Assembly (NCBI GenBank): GCA_043819795.1
Contig: JBDREN010000138.1
Coordinates: 1-53,890 of the forward strand
Origin: Elusimicrobiota bacterium
GTDB lineage: Bacteria > Elusimicrobiota > Elusimicrobia > UBA1565
Direction of reading: 5' to 3'
Length of the DNA: 53,890 nucleotides
Shown: in pieces, positions 34,529-43,501 of the stretch
Position numbering within the stretch: the first letter of the stretch is position 1
How the letters are laid out: the number at the start of each line of letters is the position of its first letter
Made by a program: the position numbers and the translations under genes
The notes under the pieces: generated by a model
Database searches by the model: none
What the model saw: the letters and a program-made list of their open reading frames with translations, nothing else
Told to the model about the DNA's origin: nothing

Positions 34529-36331
34529 CTATCGCTCGATCTTGAGCACCGCCAGAAAAGCTTCCTGCGGGATCTCCACCGCCCCCAGCTGCTTGGCCTT
34601 CTTCTTCCCCTCCTTCTGCCTGGCGAGGAGCTTGCGCTTGCGGGTGACGTCGCCGCCGTAACACTTGGCGGTGACGTCCTTGCGCATGGCCCGGATCGTC
34701 TCGCGCGCGATGGCCTTTCCCCGCACGGAGGCCTGCACGGCCACCTCGAACATCTGGCGCGGGATCAGCTCCCTGAGCTTCTCGCACAGCGCCCTCCCGA
34801 AGGCCTGCGCCTTGTCCTTGTGCACGACCTGGCTGAGGGCGTCCACCGGCTCTCCGTGGATAAGTATCTCGAGCTTCACGAGGTCCGACACGCGGGAGCC
34901 GGCGGGGGTGTAGTCGAAAGACGCGTAGCCCCGCGACACGGACTTCAGCCTGTCGTAGAAATCGATCACGATCTCCGAGAGCGGCATCGTGTAGCGGGCG
35001 ATCATCCTGTCCCTCGACAGGTACTCGATGGAACGGTGCACGCCGCGGCGGTCCTTCAGGAGGTTGATCACCGGCTCCTGGAAGCCGACCGGGAGCACGA
35101 TCGTCACGTTGACGTAAGGCTCGCGGATCTCCTCGATGTCGCCGTAGTGGGGGAACTTGGAGGGATTGTCGACCGTCTCCCACTTCCGCGAGTTCTTTTG
35201 CCGGACCTGGAAGACGACGTTGGGACTCGTTACGATGAGGCTCAGGTCGAACTCCCTCTCCAGCCGCTCCTTCACGACGTCCATGTGCAGCAGTCCCAGA
35301 AAACCGAGCCGGAACCCGAAACCCAGAGCCTGGGACGTGTCTATCTGATGAGAGAACGAGGAGTCCTCCAGGTGCAGCTTCGCGAGAGCCGCCTTCAACT
35401 CGGGATAGTCGGCCGGGTTGATGGGGAAGACCCCCGCGAAGACGACGGGCTTGGCCTCCTCGTAGCCCGGGAGAGCCTTCTCGAGCGGCCGCTCGGACTC
35501 CATCAGCGTGTCGCCGACGTGCACCTGGTGGATGTCCTTTAGGCCGCAGATCAGGTAGCCGACCTCGCCGGCCGACAGGCTCTCGGCGAGACACTGCTTC
35601 GGCGTGAGGAATCCGACCTCCTCCGCCGTCACCTCGATCCCGGTCGAGAAGAAGCTCACGCGCGTCCCCTTCCTCAAGACGCCGTCGACCACGCGCACGT
35701 AGAGGATGACTCCCCTGTAGGAATCGTAGAGCGAGTCGAACACGAGCGCGGCCAGGGGAGCCTCGCTGGAGCCGGCGGGCGGGGGGATCTCTCGAAGGAT
35801 CGCCTCCAGGACCTCGGTGGTCCCCCGCCCCTCCTTCGCCGAGGTCAGTACCGGGTCCTCGAGGATATCCAGCACGTCGAAGACCTGCTCCTCGACGCCC
35901 TCGACATCGGCCGACGGCAGGTCGACCTTGTTAATGATGGGGATGAGCTTGAGGCCGAGCTGCTTGGCGAGGTCGGCGTTGGCAAGGGTCTGGGCCTCGA
36001 CGCCCTGCGACGCGTCGATGACCAGCAGCGCCCCCTCGCAGGCGCCCAACGCCTGCGATACCTCGTAGGCGAAGTCCACGTGGCCCGGCGTGTCGATGAG
36101 GTTGAGGATGTACTCCTCGCCGGCCGGGGTCTTGTAGATCATCCTGACGGCCTTGGCCTTGATGGTGATGCCCCGCTCGCGTTCCAGCTCCATCGAGTCC
36201 ATGACCTGCTCGCTCATGTTGCGAGCCGAGATGGTGCCGGTGTATTCCAGCAGGCGGTCGGCCAGCGTGCTCTTGCCGTGATCGATATGCGCGATGATCG
36301 AGAAGTTTCGTATGCGTGAGATATCAGTCAT
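34529..36331 (-). CDS. lepA: Elongation factor 4 (LepA)
   Basis: IRNFSIIAHIDHGKSTL, GFLGLLH, KCYGGD. Confidence 0.97.
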   Translation of the reverse strand: MTDISRIRNFSIIAHIDHGKSTLADRLLEYTGTISARNMSEQVMDSMELERERGITIKAKAVRMIYKTPAGEEYILNLIDTPGHVDFAYEVSQALGACEGALLVIDASQGVEAQTLANADLAKQLGLKLIPIINKVDLPSADVEGVEEQVFDVLDILEDPVLTSAKEGRGTTEVLEAILREIPPPAGSSEAPLAALVFDSLYDSYRGVILYVRVVDGVLRKGTRVSFFSTGIEVTAEEVGFLTPKQCLAESLSAGEVGYLICGLKDIHQVHVGDTLMESERPLEKALPGYEEAKPVVFAGVFPINPADYPELKAALAKLHLEDSSFSHQIDTSQALGFGFRLGFLGLLHMDVVKERLEREFDLSLIVTSPNVVFQVRQKNSRKWETVDNPSKFPHYGDIEEIREPYVNVTIVLPVGFQEPVINLLKDRRGVHRSIEYLSRDRMIARYTMPLSEIVIDFYDRLKSVSRGYASFDYTPAGSRVSDLVKLEILIHGEPVDALSQVVHKDKAQAFGRALCEKLRELIPRQMFEVAVQASVRGKAIARETIRAMRKDVTAKCYGGDVTRKRKLLARQKEGKKKAKQLGAVEIPQEAFLAVLKIER

Positions 36332-36355
36332 GCTTCCCGCTTCGGCGATCCGGCC

Positions 36356-38074
36356 TCACAGCTCGCTGAACAGTCTTCGGATCTGGCTGGAATCGGCGAG
36401 CTTCAGAGCCTTGTGGACCGCCAGCTGCGCGTCGGCCATACGGATGGAGCGGACGACCTGCTTGACGCGCAGGAACATGCGCGACGTCACCGACAGGATG
36501 TCGACCCCGAGCCCGATGAGCATGGGGACCGATCTCGGATCGGACGTCATCTCGCCGCAGACGGTGACCTTCTTGCCGCGCTTGTGGGTCGTCTCGACGA
36601 TCTGATGGAGGATCCGGACCACCGCGGGATGGTACGGGTCGTAGAGCTGCGCGACCTCCTCGTTGATGCGGTCCACGGCCAGCAGGTACTGGATGAGGTC
36701 GTTGGTCCCGATCGAGACGAAGTCGGCCTCATCGAGGAAGGCATCCAGGAGCAGCGCGGCCGACGGGATCTCGACCATGATGCCGAGCGGGACGCGCTTG
36801 GGCAGCTGGAAGCCCTCCGCCAAAAGCTCCTGCTGCGCCTGAAAGAAGATCCGGCGGGCGCTCTGCATCTCCGGCAACGAGGAGACCATCGGAAGCAGCA
36901 CATGGACCTTGCCGTGCTGCGCCGCGCGAAGCATGGCGCGGAACTGGGACTTGAGTAGGTCCGAATGGCGCAGGAACAGCCGGATGCCGCGCAGCCCCAT
37001 GAAGGGGTTCGCCTCGTTCTTGGGTCCCTCGAGCCCCAGCTGCGTGAGGCGGTCCCCGCCTATATCGGCGGTCCGGATCACCAGCGGATGCTCCCCCATG
37101 ACGCGCGCGACCTGGGAGTAGACCTTCGCCTGCTCCTCCTCGGTCGGGACGGTGGTGCGGTTGAGGTAGAGGCACTCGGTCCGGAACAGGCCCACGCCGT
37201 CCGGCTTGAGCTGGAGCGCGCCCTTGATCTCCTCCGGAGCGTCCAGGTTGACCATCATCTTCACGCGGTGCCGGTCCGCCGTCGTGGACGGCACGCCCCG
37301 CAGGCGCTCGAGGGCCTCCTCCTCCTGGAGCGACTTCTCCCGGACCTTCTCGTACTTGACGATCGCCTCCGGGCTGGGGTGGATGATGACCAGCCCTTGA
37401 TCGCCGTCGAGGATCATCCGGTCCCCGGTCTTGATCCTGTGGCTGGCGTCCGACAGCCCGACGACCGCGGGGATCTCCATGCTCTGCGCGAGGATGGCCG
37501 TGTGGCTCGTCTTGCCGCCGAGGTCGGTCACGAAGCCGATGATATTGTTCTCCTTGAGGCTGACCGTGTCCGAGGGAAGAAGGTTGCGGGCGACGAGGAT
37601 CGACGGCTGATCGACGTCGGCGAGGCTCCGCTTCTCCTGCTTGAGCAGGTGCGAGAGCAGCCGCTTGCCCACGTCGAAGAGGTCGTGCCGCCGCTCGCGG
37701 AAGAACTCGTCCTGCATCTTCTCGAAGGCCTGGTTGACGACCTCGAGCGCCTCCGACAGCGCGAACTCGGCGTTGACGCGCTCCTCATGGATGCGCTTCG
37801 CCACGTCCTTGGTGATCAGCGGGTCGCGCAGGATCAGCCTGTGCGTGTCGATGAGCCGGGCGTGCTCCTTGCCCAGCATCTTCAGGACCTTGGCCTCGGT
37901 CGCGTCCAGATCGCGATGGGTCGCCTCGAGAGCGGCCTTGAACCGCTTCACTTCCATACGGACGTGCTGCCTCGGGATGTCTATCCGGCTGATGACGATC
38001 TCCTCGGCCTCCAGGACGTACGCCGTCCCGATCACGATCCCCGGGCTCGCCCCCACTCCCTTGATGACGATCAT
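36356..38074 (-). CDS. ptsI: PTS enzyme I (phosphoenolpyruvate-protein phosphotransferase)
   Basis: TSHTAIL (phospho-His), GLFRTE, NPFMGLRGIR, SIGTNDL, CGEM. Confidence 0.95.
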   Translation of the reverse strand: MIVIKGVGASPGIVIGTAYVLEAEEIVISRIDIPRQHVRMEVKRFKAALEATHRDLDATEAKVLKMLGKEHARLIDTHRLILRDPLITKDVAKRIHEERVNAEFALSEALEVVNQAFEKMQDEFFRERRHDLFDVGKRLLSHLLKQEKRSLADVDQPSILVARNLLPSDTVSLKENNIIGFVTDLGGKTSHTAILAQSMEIPAVVGLSDASHRIKTGDRMILDGDQGLVIIHPSPEAIVKYEKVREKSLQEEEALERLRGVPSTTADRHRVKMMVNLDAPEEIKGALQLKPDGVGLFRTECLYLNRTTVPTEEEQAKVYSQVARVMGEHPLVIRTADIGGDRLTQLGLEGPKNEANPFMGLRGIRLFLRHSDLLKSQFRAMLRAAQHGKVHVLLPMVSSLPEMQSARRIFFQAQQELLAEGFQLPKRVPLGIMVEIPSAALLLDAFLDEADFVSIGTNDLIQYLLAVDRINEEVAQLYDPYHPAVVRILHQIVETTHKRGKKVTVCGEMTSDPRSVPMLIGLGVDILSVTSRMFLRVKQVVRSIRMADAQLAVHKALKLADSSQIRRLFSEL

Positions 38075-38078
38075 CTTA

Positions 38079-38267
38079 CCCGCGTCCCTCCCCCGCGGGG
38101 AGGGATGCGTAAGTGGTGGGGGCCAGCCCGCGTCCCTCCCCCACGGGGAGGGATGCGTAAGTGGTGGGGGCCAGCCCGCGTCCCTCCCCCGCGGGGAGGG
38201 ATGCGCCTGTGGGGGGGGCCAGCCCGCGTCCCTCCCCCACGGGGAGGGATGCGTAGGTAGTGGGGGC
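38079..38267. repeat. Four tandem 48-bp REP-like palindromic units
   Basis: Units at 38079, 38127, 38175, 38223, each with stem cgcgtccctcccc/ggggagggatgcg and a near-identical linker. Confidence 0.92.
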
Positions 38268-38311
38268 TATGTGCTTCTTATCGGTCACAGCCGTTCTTCC
38301 TTTCCTTCCAT

Positions 38312-38590
38312 TCATTCCTCATCGAACCGTCTCGCGAACATATCCGCGAACTCCCGCATGGCCTCTTCCTCGTCCGGCCCGTCGAGCCTGACCTTCACCT
38401 CTTCCCCGCAGGCCGCCGCCAGCAGCATCAGTCCCATGATGCTCTTGCCGTTGACGGCGATATCCTCCCCGTCCTGCCTCTTGATCACCCGGACGCTGCA
38501 CTGGTACCGCGCTCCCGCCTGCACGAACAGCGACGCGGGCCGCGCGTGCAGCCCCAGCCTGGTCGTCACCGTGAACCGCTTCTCGATCAC
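38312..38590 (-). CDS. ptsH: Phosphocarrier protein HPr
   Basis: GLHARPA (His15) and NGKSIMG (Ser46). Confidence 0.95.
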   Translation of the reverse strand: MIEKRFTVTTRLGLHARPASLFVQAGARYQCSVRVIKRQDGEDIAVNGKSIMGLMLLAAACGEEVKVRLDGPDEEEAMREFADMFARRFDEE

Positions 38591-38612
38591 GGTCGCACCC
38601 GGCGCCGTCCGG

Positions 38613-39383
38613 TCATAGCCCGACCAAAGCGGCGCCCGCGCCCAGCGCGGCGGCCGCGGCGTACGTCTTCAGCGTCGGGATACCGCACGCCCGCAGCCCC
38701 AAGGCCGCGGCGAGTATCCCGACGCTCCATAAGCTCGCCGTGCCCCCCCAGGGCGGCACGACCAGGGCGCCGGCCGCGGCGAGCGCGGCGCTCGCGAGCC
38801 CCACACGGCGCACCCAGCGGGCCTTCTGCTGCCATCGCAGCCTCTTTAAGACGATCGGAAGCCGCTGCTGCAGCGCGTACCCCATGCGTATCCCGTTCCA
38901 GCGCACCCACAGCGCCGGCGCGTTGTACAGCGCGAGATATACGAAAGCGCCCCAGAATACCGGGTGGGGGACGTCGAACGTCCACAGGGCCGCCCAGACG
39001 AGCATCGTTACCGCCGCGCAGGCCGGCTTAAGCGCGCCCCAGAAAAATGCGTCTCCGATCGCGGCCAAGGCCGCTCCCAGCACGCTCTTGACCTTCTCGA
39101 TGCGGCTATCGGCCGCCCCTCGCTTCTCCTGCGGCAGCCCGGAACGGCGCTCCTCCAACGCTCCGACGGCGCCCAGCACGAAGCCGACCATGTAGGGATG
39201 GGTGTTGAAGAAGCCCAGGTGCCGCAACGCCGCGCTCCGGTACGCTTCCCGATCCGGATAGACGCGCCGAAGCAACGGGTCCATCCCGAACAGGAAGCCC
39301 AGGTTCTGCATGCCCTCGTAGTTCCAGCACGACTGCAGGAGCAGGGAGCGCGCGAACATGCTCATCTGGAGTCTTCTTTCCAC
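38613..39383 (-). CDS. PTS mannose/fructose/sorbose family IID component
   Basis: LQSCWNYEGMQNLG, FFNTHP, LAAIGDAFFW; start GTG 39383 or ATG 39365. Confidence 0.9.
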   Translation of the reverse strand: MERRLQMSMFARSLLLQSCWNYEGMQNLGFLFGMDPLLRRVYPDREAYRSAALRHLGFFNTHPYMVGFVLGAVGALEERRSGLPQEKRGAADSRIEKVKSVLGAALAAIGDAFFWGALKPACAAVTMLVWAALWTFDVPHPVFWGAFVYLALYNAPALWVRWNGIRMGYALQQRLPIVLKRLRWQQKARWVRRVGLASAALAAAGALVVPPWGGTASLWSVGILAAALGLRACGIPTLKTYAAAAALGAGAALVGL

Positions 39384-40018
39384 TATCCCTTCCTGAACAA
39401 CGTATGCATGAGCGCCGCCAAGCCGATCCAGAGCGCCGCGCGGAACCCCGTCTCGAGCCCCCGCCGAAAAAAGCCCGGGGCGGCGTCCCACACCCAACCG
39501 AGACCGGGCCCCGCCGCGGCGACGCAAAGATAGACCAACGCCCCCGTCATGGCGAGATGCGCGGAAAGGCTCGTCGGCAGCAAGGCCGCCCAATCCACGG
39601 CTCCCTCGCCCTCCAGCGAGCGCAGCGCCCGCGTCGTGAGGCCCGCCCGCCAGGTCCGCACCCGCGTCTCCAGCCAGCGATGCCCCATCCCCGCCGCCAG
39701 CCCCGCGGGGAACGCCGCCGCCACCGGCAGGGTCTGCGGCCCGGCGCAGAGCAGTACCGCGCAGCCCGCCGCCACGGACCCGTTCAACGGAAGCGCCGAG
39801 CCGACCGGAGGGCTCTCCAGGCAGAAGAGCTCCGTCAGGACCCCCAGCGCCAGCCCGATACCGAGCTCGCCGCATACGAGGCCGAGGAACGGCCCGAGCA
39901 GGATGGGCCGCGAAAGCATCCACTGGCCCACGAGCACGGAGTCCGTCTCGAGCATGGCGATCCAGGCGCTCAACGCCGGCAAAAGGACGAAGTACCATCC
40001 GAAACCCATGCCCTCCAT
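39383..40018 (-). CDS. PTS mannose/sorbose family IIC component (short, divergent)
   Basis: GQWMLSRPIL.GP.LG...G...TEL...PVGS motif, hydrophobic, located between IIB and IID. Confidence 0.8.
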   Translation of the reverse strand: MEGMGFGWYFVLLPALSAWIAMLETDSVLVGQWMLSRPILLGPFLGLVCGELGIGLALGVLTELFCLESPPVGSALPLNGSVAAGCAVLLCAGPQTLPVAAAFPAGLAAGMGHRWLETRVRTWRAGLTTRALRSLEGEGAVDWAALLPTSLSAHLAMTGALVYLCVAAAGPGLGWVWDAAPGFFRRGLETGFRAALWIGLAALMHTLFRKG

Positions 40019-40025
40019 GTCCCCG

Positions 40026-40511
40026 CTACCCTCTCGACCGGATCAGAGCCATCACGTCGGACGGCGACTCCGTGGGGACGGCGCGTCCCTCGATGCGCAC
40101 CCCGCGCGCCGCGATCGCCTCCAGCGCCCGGACATCCTCCGCGCTCAGGAAGATCGCCTTCCCGAGCCGGACGGTCCCGGCCACGTAATGCAGCCCTCCC
40201 ACGTTCACCGACTCGAGTCGCGCCCCCCCTTCCAGCAGCGCGAGCATCTCGGAGGGCCCGGGGACGAGGACCATCGTCCGCTCCGCGGCGGAATCCGCGC
40301 GCCGGAGAGCCTCCGGGCCGTCCTTGACGGACCGGACCTCCAGCGCGACCGACTCCGGCAGGCAAAGCTGCATGAGCGCGGTCTGGGTGGGGTCGCCCTC
40401 CGCGTCGTCGCAGACGACCACGACGCGCCGCACCTTCAGAGCGGGCAGCCAGCCCTCCACGACCTGCCCGTGGATCAGCCTGTCGTCTATGCGCGCGAGC
40501 ACGATCGGCAT
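40026..40511 (-). CDS. PTS mannose/sorbose family IIB component
   Basis: RIDDRLIHGQV, VNVGG. Confidence 0.93.
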   Translation of the reverse strand: MPIVLARIDDRLIHGQVVEGWLPALKVRRVVVVCDDAEGDPTQTALMQLCLPESVALEVRSVKDGPEALRRADSAAERTMVLVPGPSEMLALLEGGARLESVNVGGLHYVAGTVRLGKAIFLSAEDVRALEAIAARGVRIEGRAVPTESPSDVMALIRSRG

Positions 40512-40517
40512 GACGCC

Positions 40518-40928
40518 CTATATCCTCTCCAAAAACTCCGTCTTGATGTCGCTGATCGACCTTTTCCCCGCCGACAGGACCTTCTTCACGAGCTCCGCGG
40601 CCGTCCCGTTCCTCCTGCAGTTGAAAGCGGTGACCAGCATGTACAGGTTCACTCCGCTGAGGACGTGGGCGTCCGCCTTGTCCTTGACCAACGGCAGCGC
40701 GACGTTGAACGGGGTCCCGCCCGGCATATCGGTCATGATGACGAGGCCGTCGTTGGTGTTGAGAGCCGACACGGCCTCCGAGAGGCGCCCGCCCACCTCC
40801 TTCAGGCTCAATCGCGGCGAGATGCCGATGCTCACCACGCCCTCTTCCTGCGGGCCGACTATCCCCTCCGCCGCCTCGATGAGGTAAGCGCCGAACTCGC
40901 CGTGCGTGACCACGATAATATTTATCAT
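40518..40928 (-). CDS. PTS mannose/fructose family IIA component
   Basis: VTHG, DMPGGTPFN, GVNL. Confidence 0.92.
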   Translation of the reverse strand: MINIIVVTHGEFGAYLIEAAEGIVGPQEEGVVSIGISPRLSLKEVGGRLSEAVSALNTNDGLVIMTDMPGGTPFNVALPLVKDKADAHVLSGVNLYMLVTAFNCRRNGTAAELVKKVLSAGKRSISDIKTEFLERI

Positions 40929-41782
40929 CTCCGGATGTCCCGGTGGAACTCGCGGGCCGGATAGCCGCTTTTCTGCAGTAACCGGGCCATATGATGCGCG
41001 ACGAACACGCTGCGGTGGCGCCCTCCGGTGCAGCCGACCGCGAGGGTGAAATACGATTTCCCCTCGCGCACGTAGTGCGGCAGCACCGACCGCACCAGCT
41101 TCAAGAACTGCTTCAGGAACGCGCCGCCGATCGGCCGGCGCATGATGTATCGCTGCACGGTCCGGTCCAGTCCCGTCCGCCGCTTGAGCTTGGGCCGGTA
41201 GTTCGGGTTCGGGAGGAACCTCACGTCCATCACGATGTCGGCGTCGAGAGGCAGGCCGTGCTTGTAGCCGAACGACACGACCGAGAGGTGCATCTCCCGG
41301 GTACGCCTCGTCCCGAGCGCGAACGACACCTGCTCCTTGAGCTCTCCCAGAGTCAAAGAGCTCGTGTCGATGACCTTGTCCGCCAGCCCCTTGATCTCGG
41401 TGAGGGACTCCCGCTCCGCTCGGATCGCCTGCAGGATGTTCCTGCCCAGAGGGTGCCGGTGGCGGGTCTCCGAGAACCGCTGGACCAGCGTCTCGTCCGA
41501 GGCGTCCAGGAAGAGCACGCGGCAGTCCAGCCCCCGCTGACGCAGGTCCTCGAGCATCCCCGCGAAACCCTTGAGGAAGCCCCCTCCGCGAACGTCCAGC
41601 CCCAGCGCGACCTCGCGGGGGCGCGAAGACCTGAGGACCTGGTCCTCAAAGGAGCCGATCAGGGAGACCGGGAGGTTGTCGACGCAGGAGAACCCGAAAT
41701 CCTCCAGGAACTTGAGGGCCTGGCTCTTTCCCGCCCCCGACAGGCCCGTGATGATGAAAAGACGCCGCCCCTTGACCCTCAT
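40925..41782 (-). CDS. rapZ: RNase adapter RapZ / P-loop protein YvcJ family
   Basis: GLSGAGKS, VDNLP, SETRHRHP, SFGYKHG, GCTGGRHRSV. Confidence 0.95.
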   Translation of the reverse strand: MRVKGRRLFIITGLSGAGKSQALKFLEDFGFSCVDNLPVSLIGSFEDQVLRSSRPREVALGLDVRGGGFLKGFAGMLEDLRQRGLDCRVLFLDASDETLVQRFSETRHRHPLGRNILQAIRAERESLTEIKGLADKVIDTSSLTLGELKEQVSFALGTRRTREMHLSVVSFGYKHGLPLDADIVMDVRFLPNPNYRPKLKRRTGLDRTVQRYIMRRPIGGAFLKQFLKLVRSVLPHYVREGKSYFTLAVGCTGGRHRSVFVAHHMARLLQKSGYPAREFHRDIRR

Positions 41783-42729
41783 GCCCGGTGCCTGCGCCGC
41801 GCGGCCATCCGCTCGATTAAGTCCCTATTGAAGCGCTCCGCGCTGGAGTAGCCCTGGGTCTTCAGCCTCTGATTGAGCGCGGCGACCTCGATGAGCACCG
41901 CCAGGTTGCGGCCGGGGCTCACGGGAATCCTGACGAGCGGGACCTCCACATCGATGATCTTCACGGTCCTGCGCTTGAGCCCGGTGCGCTCATAGTGGGC
42001 CTGGGGGTCCCAGGGCTCCAAGAGGACGGCCAACTCGACCTGGGACGCCTCCAGGATCGAGCCGATCCCGAAGAGGTGCTTGACGTCAAGGATACCCAGG
42101 CCGCGGACCTCCAGATAATGCTTCAGAGAGTCCGGGCACCTGCCCATCAAGACGTCTCCCGGCTTCTGACGGATCTCCACGATGTCGTCGGAGACCAGGA
42201 TGTGGTCACGCTTGACGAGCTCGAGCGCGCATTCCGACTTCCCGATTCCAGCCCTGCCATGGATGAGGACCCCGAGCCCGTAGACTTCCACGAGGTCGCC
42301 GTGGACCCGGACCATCGGCGCCAGCCGTTCCTCGAGCATGGCCGAGAACTCTCCCATGAAATCGGCCGTATCGAGCCCCGTGCGCAGCAGGGGGACGCCG
42401 AACTTCCGGCACGCCCGCGCCAGCGGCGGCGGGGTCCTCAAGTTCCGGGTGATCACGAGACACGGGATGTTCGGGCGCGACAGCATCTTCTCCAGGCTCG
42501 CGGTGATTCGGTCCCCCGGATCCTTCATGCAGTAGGCGTGCTCGCCCCGCCCGATGATCTGCACGCGCTCGGCGCGGAACGGGGTCAGGAACCCCGCCAG
42601 GGCCAGGCCCGGCCGGTTGACATTCGGAGTGAGTATCCTGCGGGTAAGGGACTTTTTTCCGACGATCAGCTCGAGCCTCAGCCGCTCACGCTGCTCCTTG
42701 AGCAGGTCGCCGACGGTGAGGTGTCTCAT
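41779..42729 (-). CDS. hprK: HPr(Ser) kinase/phosphorylase
   Basis: RPGLALAG, G.AGIGKSE, LVSDD, LEVRGLGI, PGRNLA. Confidence 0.95.
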   Translation of the reverse strand: MRHLTVGDLLKEQRERLRLELIVGKKSLTRRILTPNVNRPGLALAGFLTPFRAERVQIIGRGEHAYCMKDPGDRITASLEKMLSRPNIPCLVITRNLRTPPPLARACRKFGVPLLRTGLDTADFMGEFSAMLEERLAPMVRVHGDLVEVYGLGVLIHGRAGIGKSECALELVKRDHILVSDDIVEIRQKPGDVLMGRCPDSLKHYLEVRGLGILDVKHLFGIGSILEASQVELAVLLEPWDPQAHYERTGLKRRTVKIIDVEVPLVRIPVSPGRNLAVLIEVAALNQRLKTQGYSSAERFNRDLIERMAARRRHRA

Positions 42730-42740
42730 GAGGGGAAAGG

Positions 42741-43274
42741 CTAGCGCCCCGCCTTCTTCGCGGGCTGAAGCAGCCCGAAAGACTCGTCGAGCCTCCGATA
42801 AATCACGTTGACCTGCCCGGAGTCCTCGTCGCGGAACATCCAGAAGGTATACCCCATGCGCTCCATCTCATGGCCGGCATCCTCGGGCGACATCGGGACG
42901 AGGGGGACCTGCTTGATGACCGAGAAGCGAACCGGCCGCCGCTCGGGCTCCAGAATCAGCGATTCCATCTCCGGCACGGACGTCTTGTGACGGTCCTTCA
43001 GCCGCTCTTTGTACTTGCGAAGCTGCGTGTCGATCTTGTCAGACGCGAGGTCCACGGCGGCGTAGAGGTCCCCGGCCTTAGCCAGAGCCCGGAAGGTCTG
43101 CTTCGATGCGTGTATCACGATCTCGGCTTGGTGCGACCGCTTCTCCACCGAGACCAGGACCTGGGCCCAGACGATGTGATTGAAGTACTTCTGCGCCTTA
43201 CCCACCTTCTCTTCCACATAATCACGGATGGATTTCGTCAGGCGCATCTGTCTGCCGGTGATATGGATCTTCAT
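42741..43274 (-). CDS. hpf: Ribosome hibernation promoting factor (long HPF)
   Basis: ITGRQM.LT, DLYAAVD, QLRKYK, C-terminal PMSPEDA...M...F.F...VNVIYRR. Confidence 0.92.
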   Translation of the reverse strand: MKIHITGRQMRLTKSIRDYVEEKVGKAQKYFNHIVWAQVLVSVEKRSHQAEIVIHASKQTFRALAKAGDLYAAVDLASDKIDTQLRKYKERLKDRHKTSVPEMESLILEPERRPVRFSVIKQVPLVPMSPEDAGHEMERMGYTFWMFRDEDSGQVNVIYRRLDESFGLLQPAKKAGR

Positions 43275-43306
43275 TTGTCCTCCAGAGGCGAAAAATGAAC
43301 CGCCCC

Positions 43307-43381
43307 AGTGTAGACTATTTATTCCATAGTGTCAATAAGCCCCTCTATAGAATTGACTTTCCATAGTAAATTTAATAGAAT
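43307..43381. promoter_or_regulatory. Divergent sigma70-type promoters for the hpf operon and dnaA
   Basis: Minus strand: TTGACA(43335-43330)-17-TACACT(43312-43307). Plus strand: TTGACT(43353)-17-TAGAAT(43376-43381). Confidence 0.75.
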
Positions 43382-43489
43382 ATTCCAAATTGGGGCGTAG
43401 TTGAAGCCCTCGTGCGCTCCTGCGTACGCCGGACCCGTGACGACGCGGAAAAATGCCTATCCGAAAACATTTTTTCGACTATCAACACC

Positions 43490-43498
43490 TGTGGATAA
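43490..43498 (-). promoter_or_regulatory. Perfect DnaA box just upstream of the dnaA start
   Basis: TGTGGATAA (reverse complement TTATCCACA). Confidence 0.8.
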
Positions 43499-43501
43499 CC
43501 T

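Noticed and set aside
34491..35594. N-terminal extension of lepB (699-aa ORF)
   Set aside because: Overlaps lepA in another frame and is Arg/Gly/Pro-rich shadow sequence.
38079..38267. CRISPR array
   Set aside because: Linkers are only ~19 nt and nearly identical, there are no cas genes, and a solitary copy exists at 52157; this fits a REP-like tandem repeat.
39384..39998. N-terminal extension of PTS IID (461-aa ORF)
   Set aside because: Overlaps the IIC gene in another frame.
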